A stretch of DNA of 64,000 nucleotides from Bryobacterales bacterium (GTDB taxonomy: Bacteria; Cyanobacteriota; Vampirovibrionia; Obscuribacterales; Obscuribacteraceae), in the NCBI GenBank assembly GCA_963834525.1, contig CAWICA010000002.1, positions 36,666 to 100,665 on the forward strand, in the 5' to 3' direction. The position numbers and the translations under genes were made by a program. Shown one piece after another: positions 9,649 to 17,534 of this stretch. How positions within the stretch are numbered: position 1 is the first letter of the stretch; every line of letters begins with the position of its first letter. The notes under the pieces were generated by a model. That model searched no databases and was not told the origin of the DNA. It saw nothing but the letters and a program-made list of their open reading frames with translations.

Positions 9649-11215
9649 CCAAATCTATAAGAAGCCGTGCGTTGCCATAATCGCGAGTGCCGCGGTCGAC
9701 ATGCAAAAATGTCAGCGGTTCTGTTACTTCGAAGATGCCGATGCCGAGCTTTTGAGCATCTATTATCTCCGTAGGTTGAAGATCAATCTTGTCGACCCAG
9801 ATCTCACCGTCTTCTACCCATCGTTCGTCAACGTCTTGTCGATAATCTCTGTTAATTAGTGCACCGTTTGAGTCAATTACGTGGAAGCAGACAGTAAACT
9901 TCAGCTGCATTCTTTTAAGAGCTTGCCAGACAAGTTTTACGATGGTACGTTCTTTGGCGACCGATATTTCCACGGCCCCTAAGGCAAAGCTATCACCAAA
10001 TCTGGCACCACGAAATTCGCTCGGCGTTTTTGAAGCCAACGCTTCTGCTTCAAGCGGGCGCAGTCTGGTCAACTCTCTCTCGGCTTCGTTGAGCTTGTTC
10101 GACAAATCGTAATGCTCTTTGCGCAGCGACTCGTAAGCATGTGCCAGTGAATTGTAAGCTTGCCCGAGAGACTCGTGTTCATGTCCAAGTTGCTCGATTT
10201 GCTGACCGTACTTGTTCCGTTCACTCCATACAGATGCTGCGTCGTAAAATATTTGTTGTTCTCCCACCGTTTTGAAAAGATATGAGTAAGACAACCCGCA
10301 CAGCGTCTCTATTCTCTTTGCCGTGTTCGGATCGGAAAACAGTTCATGCAAAAGTTGCAGTCCGAAAAGCTGATGCTCGGGACGCGAAACCATAATCGCT
10401 ACATGAGCAAGATGGAAGAGCGACAGCTCATCTACTAGAGGCCACGGATGACCCTCTACTTCCGGGAAGATGCTCTTCAGTGTCTTGATGTCTTTAATTC
10501 GTTTGCTATATTCTTGCAAGCACTGGATAGTCTCAAAGCGGAAGCGAGCGTGGCTCTCTTCCGTTAGCGCGCCGGCATTCTTACTGTTCGCTTGCATTCT
10601 GTATTTGATCAAGATGTCCGGTACAACTACGATTTCGGATTCAAACAGTATCCGCACCCAAAGGTTCATATCGCTAAGTTGCTTGAATTGTGGCGGGAAA
10701 TAACCAAATCGATCTAGTATCGAACGACGCACGAGTCCGGCTGGATTGCATAGATGATTGCGAACGAAAAACATCTCCCTGAGCAGCTCGAACCGGCCTT
10801 TGCCCACTCCATCGGGAGGGGACCCGGTTCCTAATGCGTTGCTGTCATCGTCAATATATGCGCTTTCGCCAAAAACGCCGATCGTATCAGGGTGACTTTG
10901 CAAAAACTTAAGCAGCGTATCGAGCATGTGTGGCTCGTAGACATCATCTGTTCCCAGCCAGGCAACGTACTCTCCTCGAGCATACCCGTACGCCAGAGCA
11001 GTGTTGGCAAATATGCCGCGATTTATGCTGTTTTCGATGATTTTTAAGCGAGGATCACGAAACTGCTTCAGCCGGGCCAAAGTCCCATCTGTTGAAGCAT
11101 CGTCCGAGACGATCAATTCAAAATCTTGAAAGCTCTGGCAAAGAACACTTTCGATTGCCTCTGCAACGTATCTTTCATGATTATAAGTTGGAGCGACGAC
11201 GCTTATCGCTGGCAT
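9602..11215 (-). CDS. GT2 glycosyltransferase, coiled coil, and a C-terminal beta-rich domain shared with the two AT3 acyltransferases
   Basis: 'ISVVAPTYNHERYVAEAIESVLCQSFQDFELIVSDDASTDGT' and 'WLGTDDVY' (GT2). The middle is heptad-like ('LGHEHESLGQAYNSLAHAYESLRKEHYDLSNKLNEAERELTRL'). The last 130 aa or so ('ARFGDSFALGAVEIS..VKLVWQAL..FHVIDSNGALINRDYRQDVDERWVEDGEIWVD..KLGIGIFE..LHVDRGTRDYGNARLLI') match the AT3 C-termini. I see no TM segment. Confidence 0.75.
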   Translation of the reverse strand: MPAISVVAPTYNHERYVAEAIESVLCQSFQDFELIVSDDASTDGTLARLKQFRDPRLKIIENSINRGIFANTALAYGYARGEYVAWLGTDDVYEPHMLDTLLKFLQSHPDTIGVFGESAYIDDDSNALGTGSPPDGVGKGRFELLREMFFVRNHLCNPAGLVRRSILDRFGYFPPQFKQLSDMNLWVRILFESEIVVVPDILIKYRMQANSKNAGALTEESHARFRFETIQCLQEYSKRIKDIKTLKSIFPEVEGHPWPLVDELSLFHLAHVAIMVSRPEHQLFGLQLLHELFSDPNTAKRIETLCGLSYSYLFKTVGEQQIFYDAASVWSERNKYGQQIEQLGHEHESLGQAYNSLAHAYESLRKEHYDLSNKLNEAERELTRLRPLEAEALASKTPSEFRGARFGDSFALGAVEISVAKERTIVKLVWQALKRMQLKFTVCFHVIDSNGALINRDYRQDVDERWVEDGEIWVDKIDLQPTEIIDAQKLGIGIFEVTEPLTFLHVDRGTRDYGNARLLIDLASSDSTPVGALGLAD

Positions 11216-11219
11216 CGGT

Positions 11220-12530
11220 TCACCTTCTTACACTAATTTCTCTGCCTGATTCTACGTCCGGGCAAGCGTCATGAGATTGTCCGCTCGACTTTAACTGCTC
11301 GAACAATTTGATATAAGAAGCAGCCATTTTCTCTTGGGAATAGTGACTGCAAACATTCTTGCGAGCAGCTTCGCCAAACTGTCTTGCCAATTGAGCATCG
11401 CGATAAAGTGCCGCAATTCTGCCAACGAAATCATCGACCGCCGCTACATCACAAATAAATCCGTTGATTCCATCTTGCACAACAATCGGTACGCTACCGA
11501 CTCGACTGGCGACAATTGGTGTGCCATGTGCTTGCGCTTCCATGAGAACGAGCGGCATGCCATCAAGCGATGACGGCAAGACCAAAACGTCTGTCACTGC
11601 CATTAGTGGGTGAACGTTCTTGATGAAACCTGGCAGATAAATGCGCGAACGAAGTTTAGACTGATCAATTCGCTCATCAATTTTCTTACGCAGCGGGCCA
11701 TCACCGGCCATAATGAATCTGATATTGTCGTGCTCCGTTAGCCTGCTAGCAATATCCACAAACATTTCTGGTTCCTTCTCCCTGGAAAAACGGCCAACGA
11801 AAGAGACAATAAACTTATCTTTGAACTCCTCGGGTAAGGCGGCGCGACCGGCAGCGGCGAATGCTGACAAATCCGCCTCCTGCGGAATGCATATGCCGTG
11901 CGGAATGGTAACAACGTCCTCCTCGCGGGCATCAAACTTATCCACCAACGTGTTTCGAAGCACTGGCGACGGAACAATTGTTTTGTCTATGTGCTTGCTG
12001 AAAAAACGATTGCTGTTCAGATGACCCACATCATTGAACAGCTGGTCCACGACATGGATCTTGGGATATCTTTTCCTTATTGCAGCAAGAGATCGATAAA
12101 TAAAGTCACAACCCATTTGCAAAAGACTCATCTGAGGATTGCGATCGAGGAGCTTGAACAGAAATGTTCTCATTTGTTTATCGGAGGAGAGAAATCTGGG
12201 CATGTGGTAAACAGGCAGACCCATCGCCTCAAACAGTGCGGTAGAATCGCCCATCGTTGGATTGGCCGGATTAGTGGTTATCACCACGACCTGCTCGCCG
12301 GATTGCTGCAAAAGCTGGCCTAAATGTCCAAAGAACACCTCAGTTCCATCGACTAGAAACGGTATGCACATTACAATTGTCGGTCTAAGAGAAAATCTCG
12401 CTCTATCAAAAAGAGTGCTGTCTTCCGGCACGGAGGACACAGGAGACGGCTGCCTGGCCAGCACCTGGTACTCAATATCGTCAACGGCAGACGACTCTTT
12501 TATAAACGTAATAGGACTTCTCAGCAACAT
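11220..12530 (-). CDS. GT4 (GT-B) glycosyltransferase, homologous to each half of the 54412-56730 protein
   Basis: 436-aa ORF. 'FVGRFSREKEPEMFVDIA', 'LPSSLDGMPLVLMEAQAHGTPIVASRVGSVPIVVQDGINGFI' is the GT4 E..E region. The N-terminal half ('VVVITTNPANPTMGDSTALFEAMGLPVYHMP') parallels both halves of the tandem GT4. Confidence 0.75.
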   Translation of the reverse strand: MLLRSPITFIKESSAVDDIEYQVLARQPSPVSSVPEDSTLFDRARFSLRPTIVMCIPFLVDGTEVFFGHLGQLLQQSGEQVVVITTNPANPTMGDSTALFEAMGLPVYHMPRFLSSDKQMRTFLFKLLDRNPQMSLLQMGCDFIYRSLAAIRKRYPKIHVVDQLFNDVGHLNSNRFFSKHIDKTIVPSPVLRNTLVDKFDAREEDVVTIPHGICIPQEADLSAFAAAGRAALPEEFKDKFIVSFVGRFSREKEPEMFVDIASRLTEHDNIRFIMAGDGPLRKKIDERIDQSKLRSRIYLPGFIKNVHPLMAVTDVLVLPSSLDGMPLVLMEAQAHGTPIVASRVGSVPIVVQDGINGFICDVAAVDDFVGRIAALYRDAQLARQFGEAARKNVCSHYSQEKMAASYIKLFEQLKSSGQSHDACPDVESGREISVRR

Positions 12531-14278
12531 TCGATAGAAACGTTGGCCTGGCCAAGATCTAAGTAATCCTCATTCAACAGATGTTTTTTGAAGACCAGGT
12601 AAGGATGATAGGCGAAACTGGCCAAACCATCCTGCGGATTTCTCTGAGCTGCCGGCGGCAATACAGACCATTGATGTTTTCCATTTCTTTGTTTTTGGCT
12701 GCTCTGTCTTCTGGCCGGTGCAATCAGGCTTTCACCAAAATGCTCCGCAAGAAATAATGCTTTTTCTAAATAGGTTAGTGTAACTTGATCGTCTGCTTTC
12801 CAAAAACAAATATATTTGCCTTGGGCAGATTCAATTGTTTTCTCAACTGCCTCAACAGATTGAGAACATCGCTCAAGGCGCACAGATTTTCCGGACGTCC
12901 TGAAGTCCGCAAGTAATTCCTCAGGTATTTCCTTGTCGGTCAATAAGACAATCTCCAGGCTCTCTAATGTCTGCTGTGAGAGCCGCTGCAAATTTTTGAT
13001 AGGCAATGGCCAGCTGTCCCAGAGTGGCACAATCACGGTAACTGCTACCAAATCCTTGGTCGGCTCCGATATTTGATTCTGGTTGATGATTCGATCGAGA
13101 CTTGCTTCTTGTGCTATCTCCGGCTCGAAGGAAGAGAACGGTTCTGTCTCCCTGCCTGTCAAAGTTCGACGCACTGATTGCACTTTCGTCGATAATTTCC
13201 ACGTCGCCGAGCGCAGGATCTTCTTTCTCACGAGCTCGAGTTCCTCGACTTCCTGCTCGATCGATTCAAGCTCCTTCTGTCCGACTAGATCTCTTTGGTG
13301 CTCTTGTGCACGCTGCGACCTGTTGATCCAGAGGTGAGTTAAGGATTCAAGGCAATCGGCTATTTCTTCAGGAGTAAGGTCATCAAACAGTATTTCAGCT
13401 GCCCGCAAACTGAGAGCAAGATCGCAATTGCCCGCCCTCACCATTGAGCTACCCACCTGATCGAGCGTCTTGTCAAACATGTCGCTGCGCTTACCTATTG
13501 ATAGCGAAGCGAGGCCAGCCGCCGCACTGGTGGAACTAAAGAGTTTGGTCAGATCAGCCAATTTAACAAGCGATTCCTTGAGCCGGTTATCTTGTGCCAA
13601 CTCATCGAAGTAGCGAACAGAGACAAGCTCAACATCCAGCGCATATGAGCTGCGATATGCCAGGAGCGAAGTCCAGAGAGCGAGGTCAGATCCGGCAACA
13701 TATCTGTCATCAATAGATTGAAATACATTATCGCGCCTGAACATAGTTGCCGAAAGTGGTCCGATCACACTATGCGCTTCGAGTAACGCCTCTTTGATCA
13801 CTGCTGTGCCTTCTAAAATAGTATTCGGGTGGTCTACCCGTACGCTCTTTATAAATGCCCCTTCTGCCGTGACACAGCGGTAGCCGCAGCTGACTATACC
13901 AACCTGGGGATAACGCTCAAAAATCCGCCCCATTTCATCCAATGCATTGAAATCAAGAGTGTCTCCCGGATTCAAGCATTTGATCAATCGCGAATCACTC
14001 TGTTTTATAAGCAACTTCAGAGCCTTGTTCCTTCCTAGCCGCTCTTGATTGCAAAAGACTTTGAAACGAGAGTCCCGATCAGCGTATTCCTGAGCAATGG
14101 CGAGAGAATCGTCTGCGGAATCTTCGTCAGCGATGAACACATCAAAATTCGGGTAAGTCTGACCAATGATGCTGTCCAAAGTTTCACGCAGGTACGATCC
14201 ATTGTTGCGTGCAACGAGGCAAACTGTCACCGGTGATCTCATTCGTTCCTCAGCTTTATAAAAGGCCGAGCCTGGCAT
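12521..14278 (-). CDS. Two-module GT2-like protein (GT2, coiled coil with S-x-T-W-K motif, second degenerate GT2-like module)
   Basis: N-terminal 'VTVCLVARNNGSYLRETLDSIIGQTYPNFDVFIADEDSADDS'. Central 'ELESIEQEVEELELVRKKILRSATWKLSTKVQSVRRTL'. C-terminal 'VAVTVIVPLWDSWPLPIKNLQRLSQQTLESLEIVLLTD' looks like a second Rossmann-like GT-A module. 'LNPGDTL' sits at the first DXD position. Confidence 0.6.
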   Translation of the reverse strand: MPGSAFYKAEERMRSPVTVCLVARNNGSYLRETLDSIIGQTYPNFDVFIADEDSADDSLAIAQEYADRDSRFKVFCNQERLGRNKALKLLIKQSDSRLIKCLNPGDTLDFNALDEMGRIFERYPQVGIVSCGYRCVTAEGAFIKSVRVDHPNTILEGTAVIKEALLEAHSVIGPLSATMFRRDNVFQSIDDRYVAGSDLALWTSLLAYRSSYALDVELVSVRYFDELAQDNRLKESLVKLADLTKLFSSTSAAAGLASLSIGKRSDMFDKTLDQVGSSMVRAGNCDLALSLRAAEILFDDLTPEEIADCLESLTHLWINRSQRAQEHQRDLVGQKELESIEQEVEELELVRKKILRSATWKLSTKVQSVRRTLTGRETEPFSSFEPEIAQEASLDRIINQNQISEPTKDLVAVTVIVPLWDSWPLPIKNLQRLSQQTLESLEIVLLTDKEIPEELLADFRTSGKSVRLERCSQSVEAVEKTIESAQGKYICFWKADDQVTLTYLEKALFLAEHFGESLIAPARRQSSQKQRNGKHQWSVLPPAAQRNPQDGLASFAYHPYLVFKKHLLNEDYLDLGQANVSIECC

Positions 14279-15026
14279 GCTGTCGAATCAGCATCACCGA
14301 GTCTCTGAAGGCTTGGCTCTTCTTTGTGTCATGACTAGCGGAGTTAGCCAATACTCTGTAGTAGGCTAGCGGTTCTGGAATGTAACCGAACTCAGTCAAC
14401 TTGCTCATACCAAGTACAGCGGGGTAATCAGTCATCATATAACCTCGCTCCTGAAAGAGAATGCGTTTATAACATTGCCGGTAGAGGTTCTTACGAACCA
14501 TAAGCGTAAGATGACCAACGGTGTTCTCTTGTAGTAAAGCATCATAGCCCCAGCCAGAAACCGGGTTAAGACTCGTAGTCTTAAAGAAGCCGCTATCGGC
14601 GACCTGACCATCTTTGTCGTGATAAAAATCAGAATGCACAGCACCGATATGCGAGTTTGTGTTTAAGTAGGAGACACAATAACCGAACCTCGTTGGATGA
14701 TAATAGTCGTCTCCGTCCATGCTACACATGTACTCTCCAGTTGCCTGACTCGCGGCAACTTCACCAGTCAAATGCATACCGAGATTGACTGAATTTTGTT
14801 GGATGGTCACATTTGCAAAAGCATCCTTAAGGCGAGTTTCGTACGACTTCGCTAAGGCGAAGCTTTCGTCCGGACTACAGTCGTCAACGAAAATGATCTC
14901 GAGGTTTCGGTATGTTTGAGCCAGTAATGAATCAAACAGATCAGTCAGGTATGGAGCGTGCTTATAACAGAGTATGCAAACGCTTACCAGCGGTTTATAG
15001 TCAAATCGGTTACCGGTTAGCAACAC
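14256..15026 (-). CDS. GT2 glycosyltransferase (paralog of 8842-9648)
   Basis: 'VSVCILCYKHAPYLTDLFDSLLAQTYRNLEIIFVDDCSPDESF' and 'SMDGDDYY'. GTG start. The gene overlaps the upstream stop, which suggests operon coupling. Confidence 0.8.
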   Translation of the reverse strand: MLLTGNRFDYKPLVSVCILCYKHAPYLTDLFDSLLAQTYRNLEIIFVDDCSPDESFALAKSYETRLKDAFANVTIQQNSVNLGMHLTGEVAASQATGEYMCSMDGDDYYHPTRFGYCVSYLNTNSHIGAVHSDFYHDKDGQVADSGFFKTTSLNPVSGWGYDALLQENTVGHLTLMVRKNLYRQCYKRILFQERGYMMTDYPAVLGMSKLTEFGYIPEPLAYYRVLANSASHDTKKSQAFRDSVMLIRQHARLGLL

Positions 15027-15185
15027 TCGGCTTGCTCTCCTTCATCACACTTTTTTCATCAAAACATCGCCAACAAAGTGTCTCAGGACCGCGCAGATGT
15101 GGCAGAGTTCATTTTCATCAAGTCTCCTTAGAAATTTTACGCGCTTTTATGACCTAAAATAGCTATCTACACTCGGTCGCATAGC

Positions 15186-16379
15186 ATGACAATGTTCTCA
15201 CTTTGTCTTTTGTCTAACCCTGGAAACGATGCTCTGGCAGTGGTCGACGCGCTGAGCTCCCAGACGTTTGCCGATTGGGAAGCAATTCTCTGCCTGGATG
15301 GTGCGGGTAACCAGAGCCAGGTCCTTGCTGAGCGCTCCCAAGCAGATCCACGAATCAAGCTAATCGCAGCCGACCAATCACTTAGTTTTTATGGCAACCT
15401 CAATCGTTGCCTAACGACCGCTCGGGGAGAATTGATAAAAATTCTCCATCCGAATGAACTCCTCTCCACTCAAGCATTGGCAGAACTGGTCGAGACTTTC
15501 GAAAAGAAAAGTGCCAGTCAGGTAGTCACATATGGCAGCAACGTGTTTTCAACGTTAGACCAGCAAGGAGGCCATAGCCTCGTTGATACCTTGTCTATGT
15601 TGCCGCCTGGACTGAGTGATCATTGTCTACAAGGATTGAAAGACTTTTTTCCGCTTAATGGAGAGCCGCGGTCGATTTATCTTTGCGCTTTCCGACGCCC
15701 TACCGTCCTTCCTCAGTTTGACCTGAAATTGAATCTGCTTGCCGAACATTGTTTTCTCTTTTCACTCTTTCAGCCTGAACCGGAAACAGTCCATTGCAAT
15801 AAAACTCTCAGCGAGATCGCCGTGCCTGAGCCAAAGCTAGACATATCAGCGGAGGTCCAATACCTCTCGCTCATCGGTGAATTAGTACTATTTCATGCAC
15901 GACTAGCTAAAGAAGATTCTCTCCACTATAGCTCGCTCATCATCCGGCTGAAAAAACTACGGGATGCCTTGGAAGACGAATGTTTCACAAAGTTTAGTAT
16001 TCCACTTCTAGAGTTGCTTGCTCGCGAAAGATTACCCATAAGAGATTTACCACCGGCGACTTTGAAGCAGATTGGCTTCGCTCTTACTGCTGCAGCCTGC
16101 GACCGCATTTTGCAAATCGAACAGACTCAAATTGACTGCTACTATCGCTCGATCAAATTGAAAGAATTGCGCGAACACAAGAAGTATTTGGAGCGGGAGG
16201 TCAACGCCCTGCTCGGCTCGCGTTCGTGGCGCGCGCTGGAACCACTTCGTTCAGCTAAGAAGAAGGCTTATGGTCTGGCGGCATTTCTAAAAAAACAAAC
16301 GCCATCAGGACCAAAGAACAATGGCAACGGTAGTACTGCCAACGGTGTCACCAGTCGTTCTCCCACTATTGCCGACTGA
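15186..16379 (+). CDS. Degenerate GT2-like protein with C-terminal coiled coil and S-W-R tail
   Basis: It aligns with the 58980-60197 family ('RIKLIAADQSLSFYGNLNRCLTTARGELIKILHPNELL' vs 'RIKHWINERNLKLFGNYNECMRRATGKYIKPFAHDDLL'). 'HPNE' replaces the DXD. The C-terminus is 'KLKELREHKKYLEREVNALLGSRSWRALEPLRSAKKK'. Confidence 0.5.
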   Translation: MTMFSLCLLSNPGNDALAVVDALSSQTFADWEAILCLDGAGNQSQVLAERSQADPRIKLIAADQSLSFYGNLNRCLTTARGELIKILHPNELLSTQALAELVETFEKKSASQVVTYGSNVFSTLDQQGGHSLVDTLSMLPPGLSDHCLQGLKDFFPLNGEPRSIYLCAFRRPTVLPQFDLKLNLLAEHCFLFSLFQPEPETVHCNKTLSEIAVPEPKLDISAEVQYLSLIGELVLFHARLAKEDSLHYSSLIIRLKKLRDALEDECFTKFSIPLLELLARERLPIRDLPPATLKQIGFALTAAACDRILQIEQTQIDCYYRSIKLKELREHKKYLEREVNALLGSRSWRALEPLRSAKKKAYGLAAFLKKQTPSGPKNNGNGSTANGVTSRSPTIAD

Positions 16380-17487
16380 TGGACGGTCGAGCTAGAGACA
16401 TTGAGTTAGCACCGGCGACCTGCTTGCTGATGAACCAGTCAGTAAGGCTGGCTGCACCATCTTTGAAGCTAATTTTGTGCTCGAATTTGAGTCTCTTCTT
16501 AACAGCAGAGCAGTCCGCTTGACAATATCTGATTTCGCCAGGAACCAATTGCCCAGTGCAATGGGGCTGAGCGGTCTCCGGATGCCCGACAGCGGCAAGT
16601 CTTTCTCTAACCTGGACAACAAAATCAAGTAGCGGCGTCTGGATTCCTGATCCAACATTGAAGAAATTGATACCAGCTAAATTTGTCTCAAGCACATCCA
16701 CATTGACCGAGACAACATCGCTGATATAGATGAAATCTCGACCTTGCAAGCCATCTTCAGTGATCATCGGACTCTGACCATTGATCAACATTTGAGTGAA
16801 TTGCGAATATGGATTACCGGCAGACTGACCCGGTCCATAAACGGTACAGTATCTGAGCACCACAATCGTGATGCCCAGCAAACGACAAGTAGACACGAGC
16901 AAATCTTCTTGTGACTTTTTTGTAATCGCATAAACAGACTCGCCGTTTCGGCTGGCACTCTCCGGAGTCCAGTCTGGTTCAATGTGGCCCAAACAATTTG
17001 GACAACGTGGATTCCAATCATTAAGTTCTTCGATTTGCTTTTGGGAAAGCCTCAGGTCCGGTCGCACAATCCCGCATTCGCCGCAGCAGTAGTTGCCTTC
17101 GCCATAAACACTAATCGATGACCCAAGAATGATTTTGTTCACCTGGTGGCGACCAGCTCTTAACACATCGACTAAGTTGGCAGTGCCGGCAATATTTGTA
17201 TTGACGAAATCGTGTACATGCTGTGCCGATGCGGCAACACCAACGGCGGCCGCTTTATGAAAGATCACATCCGAGCCGGCGACAAGCTTAGCGAGTAAAG
17301 CCTGATCCCGGACGTCACCGATGACTCTTTGCAAAGATTGCTCTTCATCTTTGCCAAAAGCCTCAGGGTAAGCCACGTTAGATGAGCGCGTAATAGTTGT
17401 TACAGAGTGACCTCGCCTGAGCAGCTCCGCGCTCAAATGAGAGCCTATGAAGCCCATGCCGCCGGTAATTAGAATTTTCGCCGCCAT
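16366..17487 (-). CDS. NAD-dependent epimerase/dehydratase (extended SDR) with an inserted Cys4 zinc-ribbon-like segment
   Basis: 'KILITGGMGFIGSHL' (Rossmann) and 'VYAITKKSQE' (YxxxK). The insertion 'CCGECGIVRPDLRLSQKQIEELNDWNPRCPNC' lies between them. The track ORF starts at GTG 17502. ATG at 17487 ('MAAKILITGG') is the more likely start. Confidence 0.8.
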   Translation of the reverse strand: MAAKILITGGMGFIGSHLSAELLRRGHSVTTITRSSNVAYPEAFGKDEEQSLQRVIGDVRDQALLAKLVAGSDVIFHKAAAVGVAASAQHVHDFVNTNIAGTANLVDVLRAGRHQVNKIILGSSISVYGEGNYCCGECGIVRPDLRLSQKQIEELNDWNPRCPNCLGHIEPDWTPESASRNGESVYAITKKSQEDLLVSTCRLLGITIVVLRYCTVYGPGQSAGNPYSQFTQMLINGQSPMITEDGLQGRDFIYISDVVSVNVDVLETNLAGINFFNVGSGIQTPLLDFVVQVRERLAAVGHPETAQPHCTGQLVPGEIRYCQADCSAVKKRLKFEHKISFKDGAASLTDWFISKQVAGANSMSLARPSISRQ

Positions 17488-17498
17488 ATTAAGACCAT

Positions 17499-17520
17499 GC
17501 ACTTCGCTGCAGTGAAGTGC
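17499..17520. promoter_or_regulatory. 22-bp near-perfect palindrome in the divergent SDR / AT3 intergenic region (candidate operator or hairpin)
   Basis: GCACTTCGCTGCAGTGAAGTGC. The outer 7 nt and the central CTGCAG pair perfectly, with one mismatched pair (G-T). It lies 12 nt upstream of the ATG at 17487 and 15 nt upstream of the TTG at 17535. Confidence 0.3.
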
Positions 17521-17534
17521 CTATCAGGTAGTTA

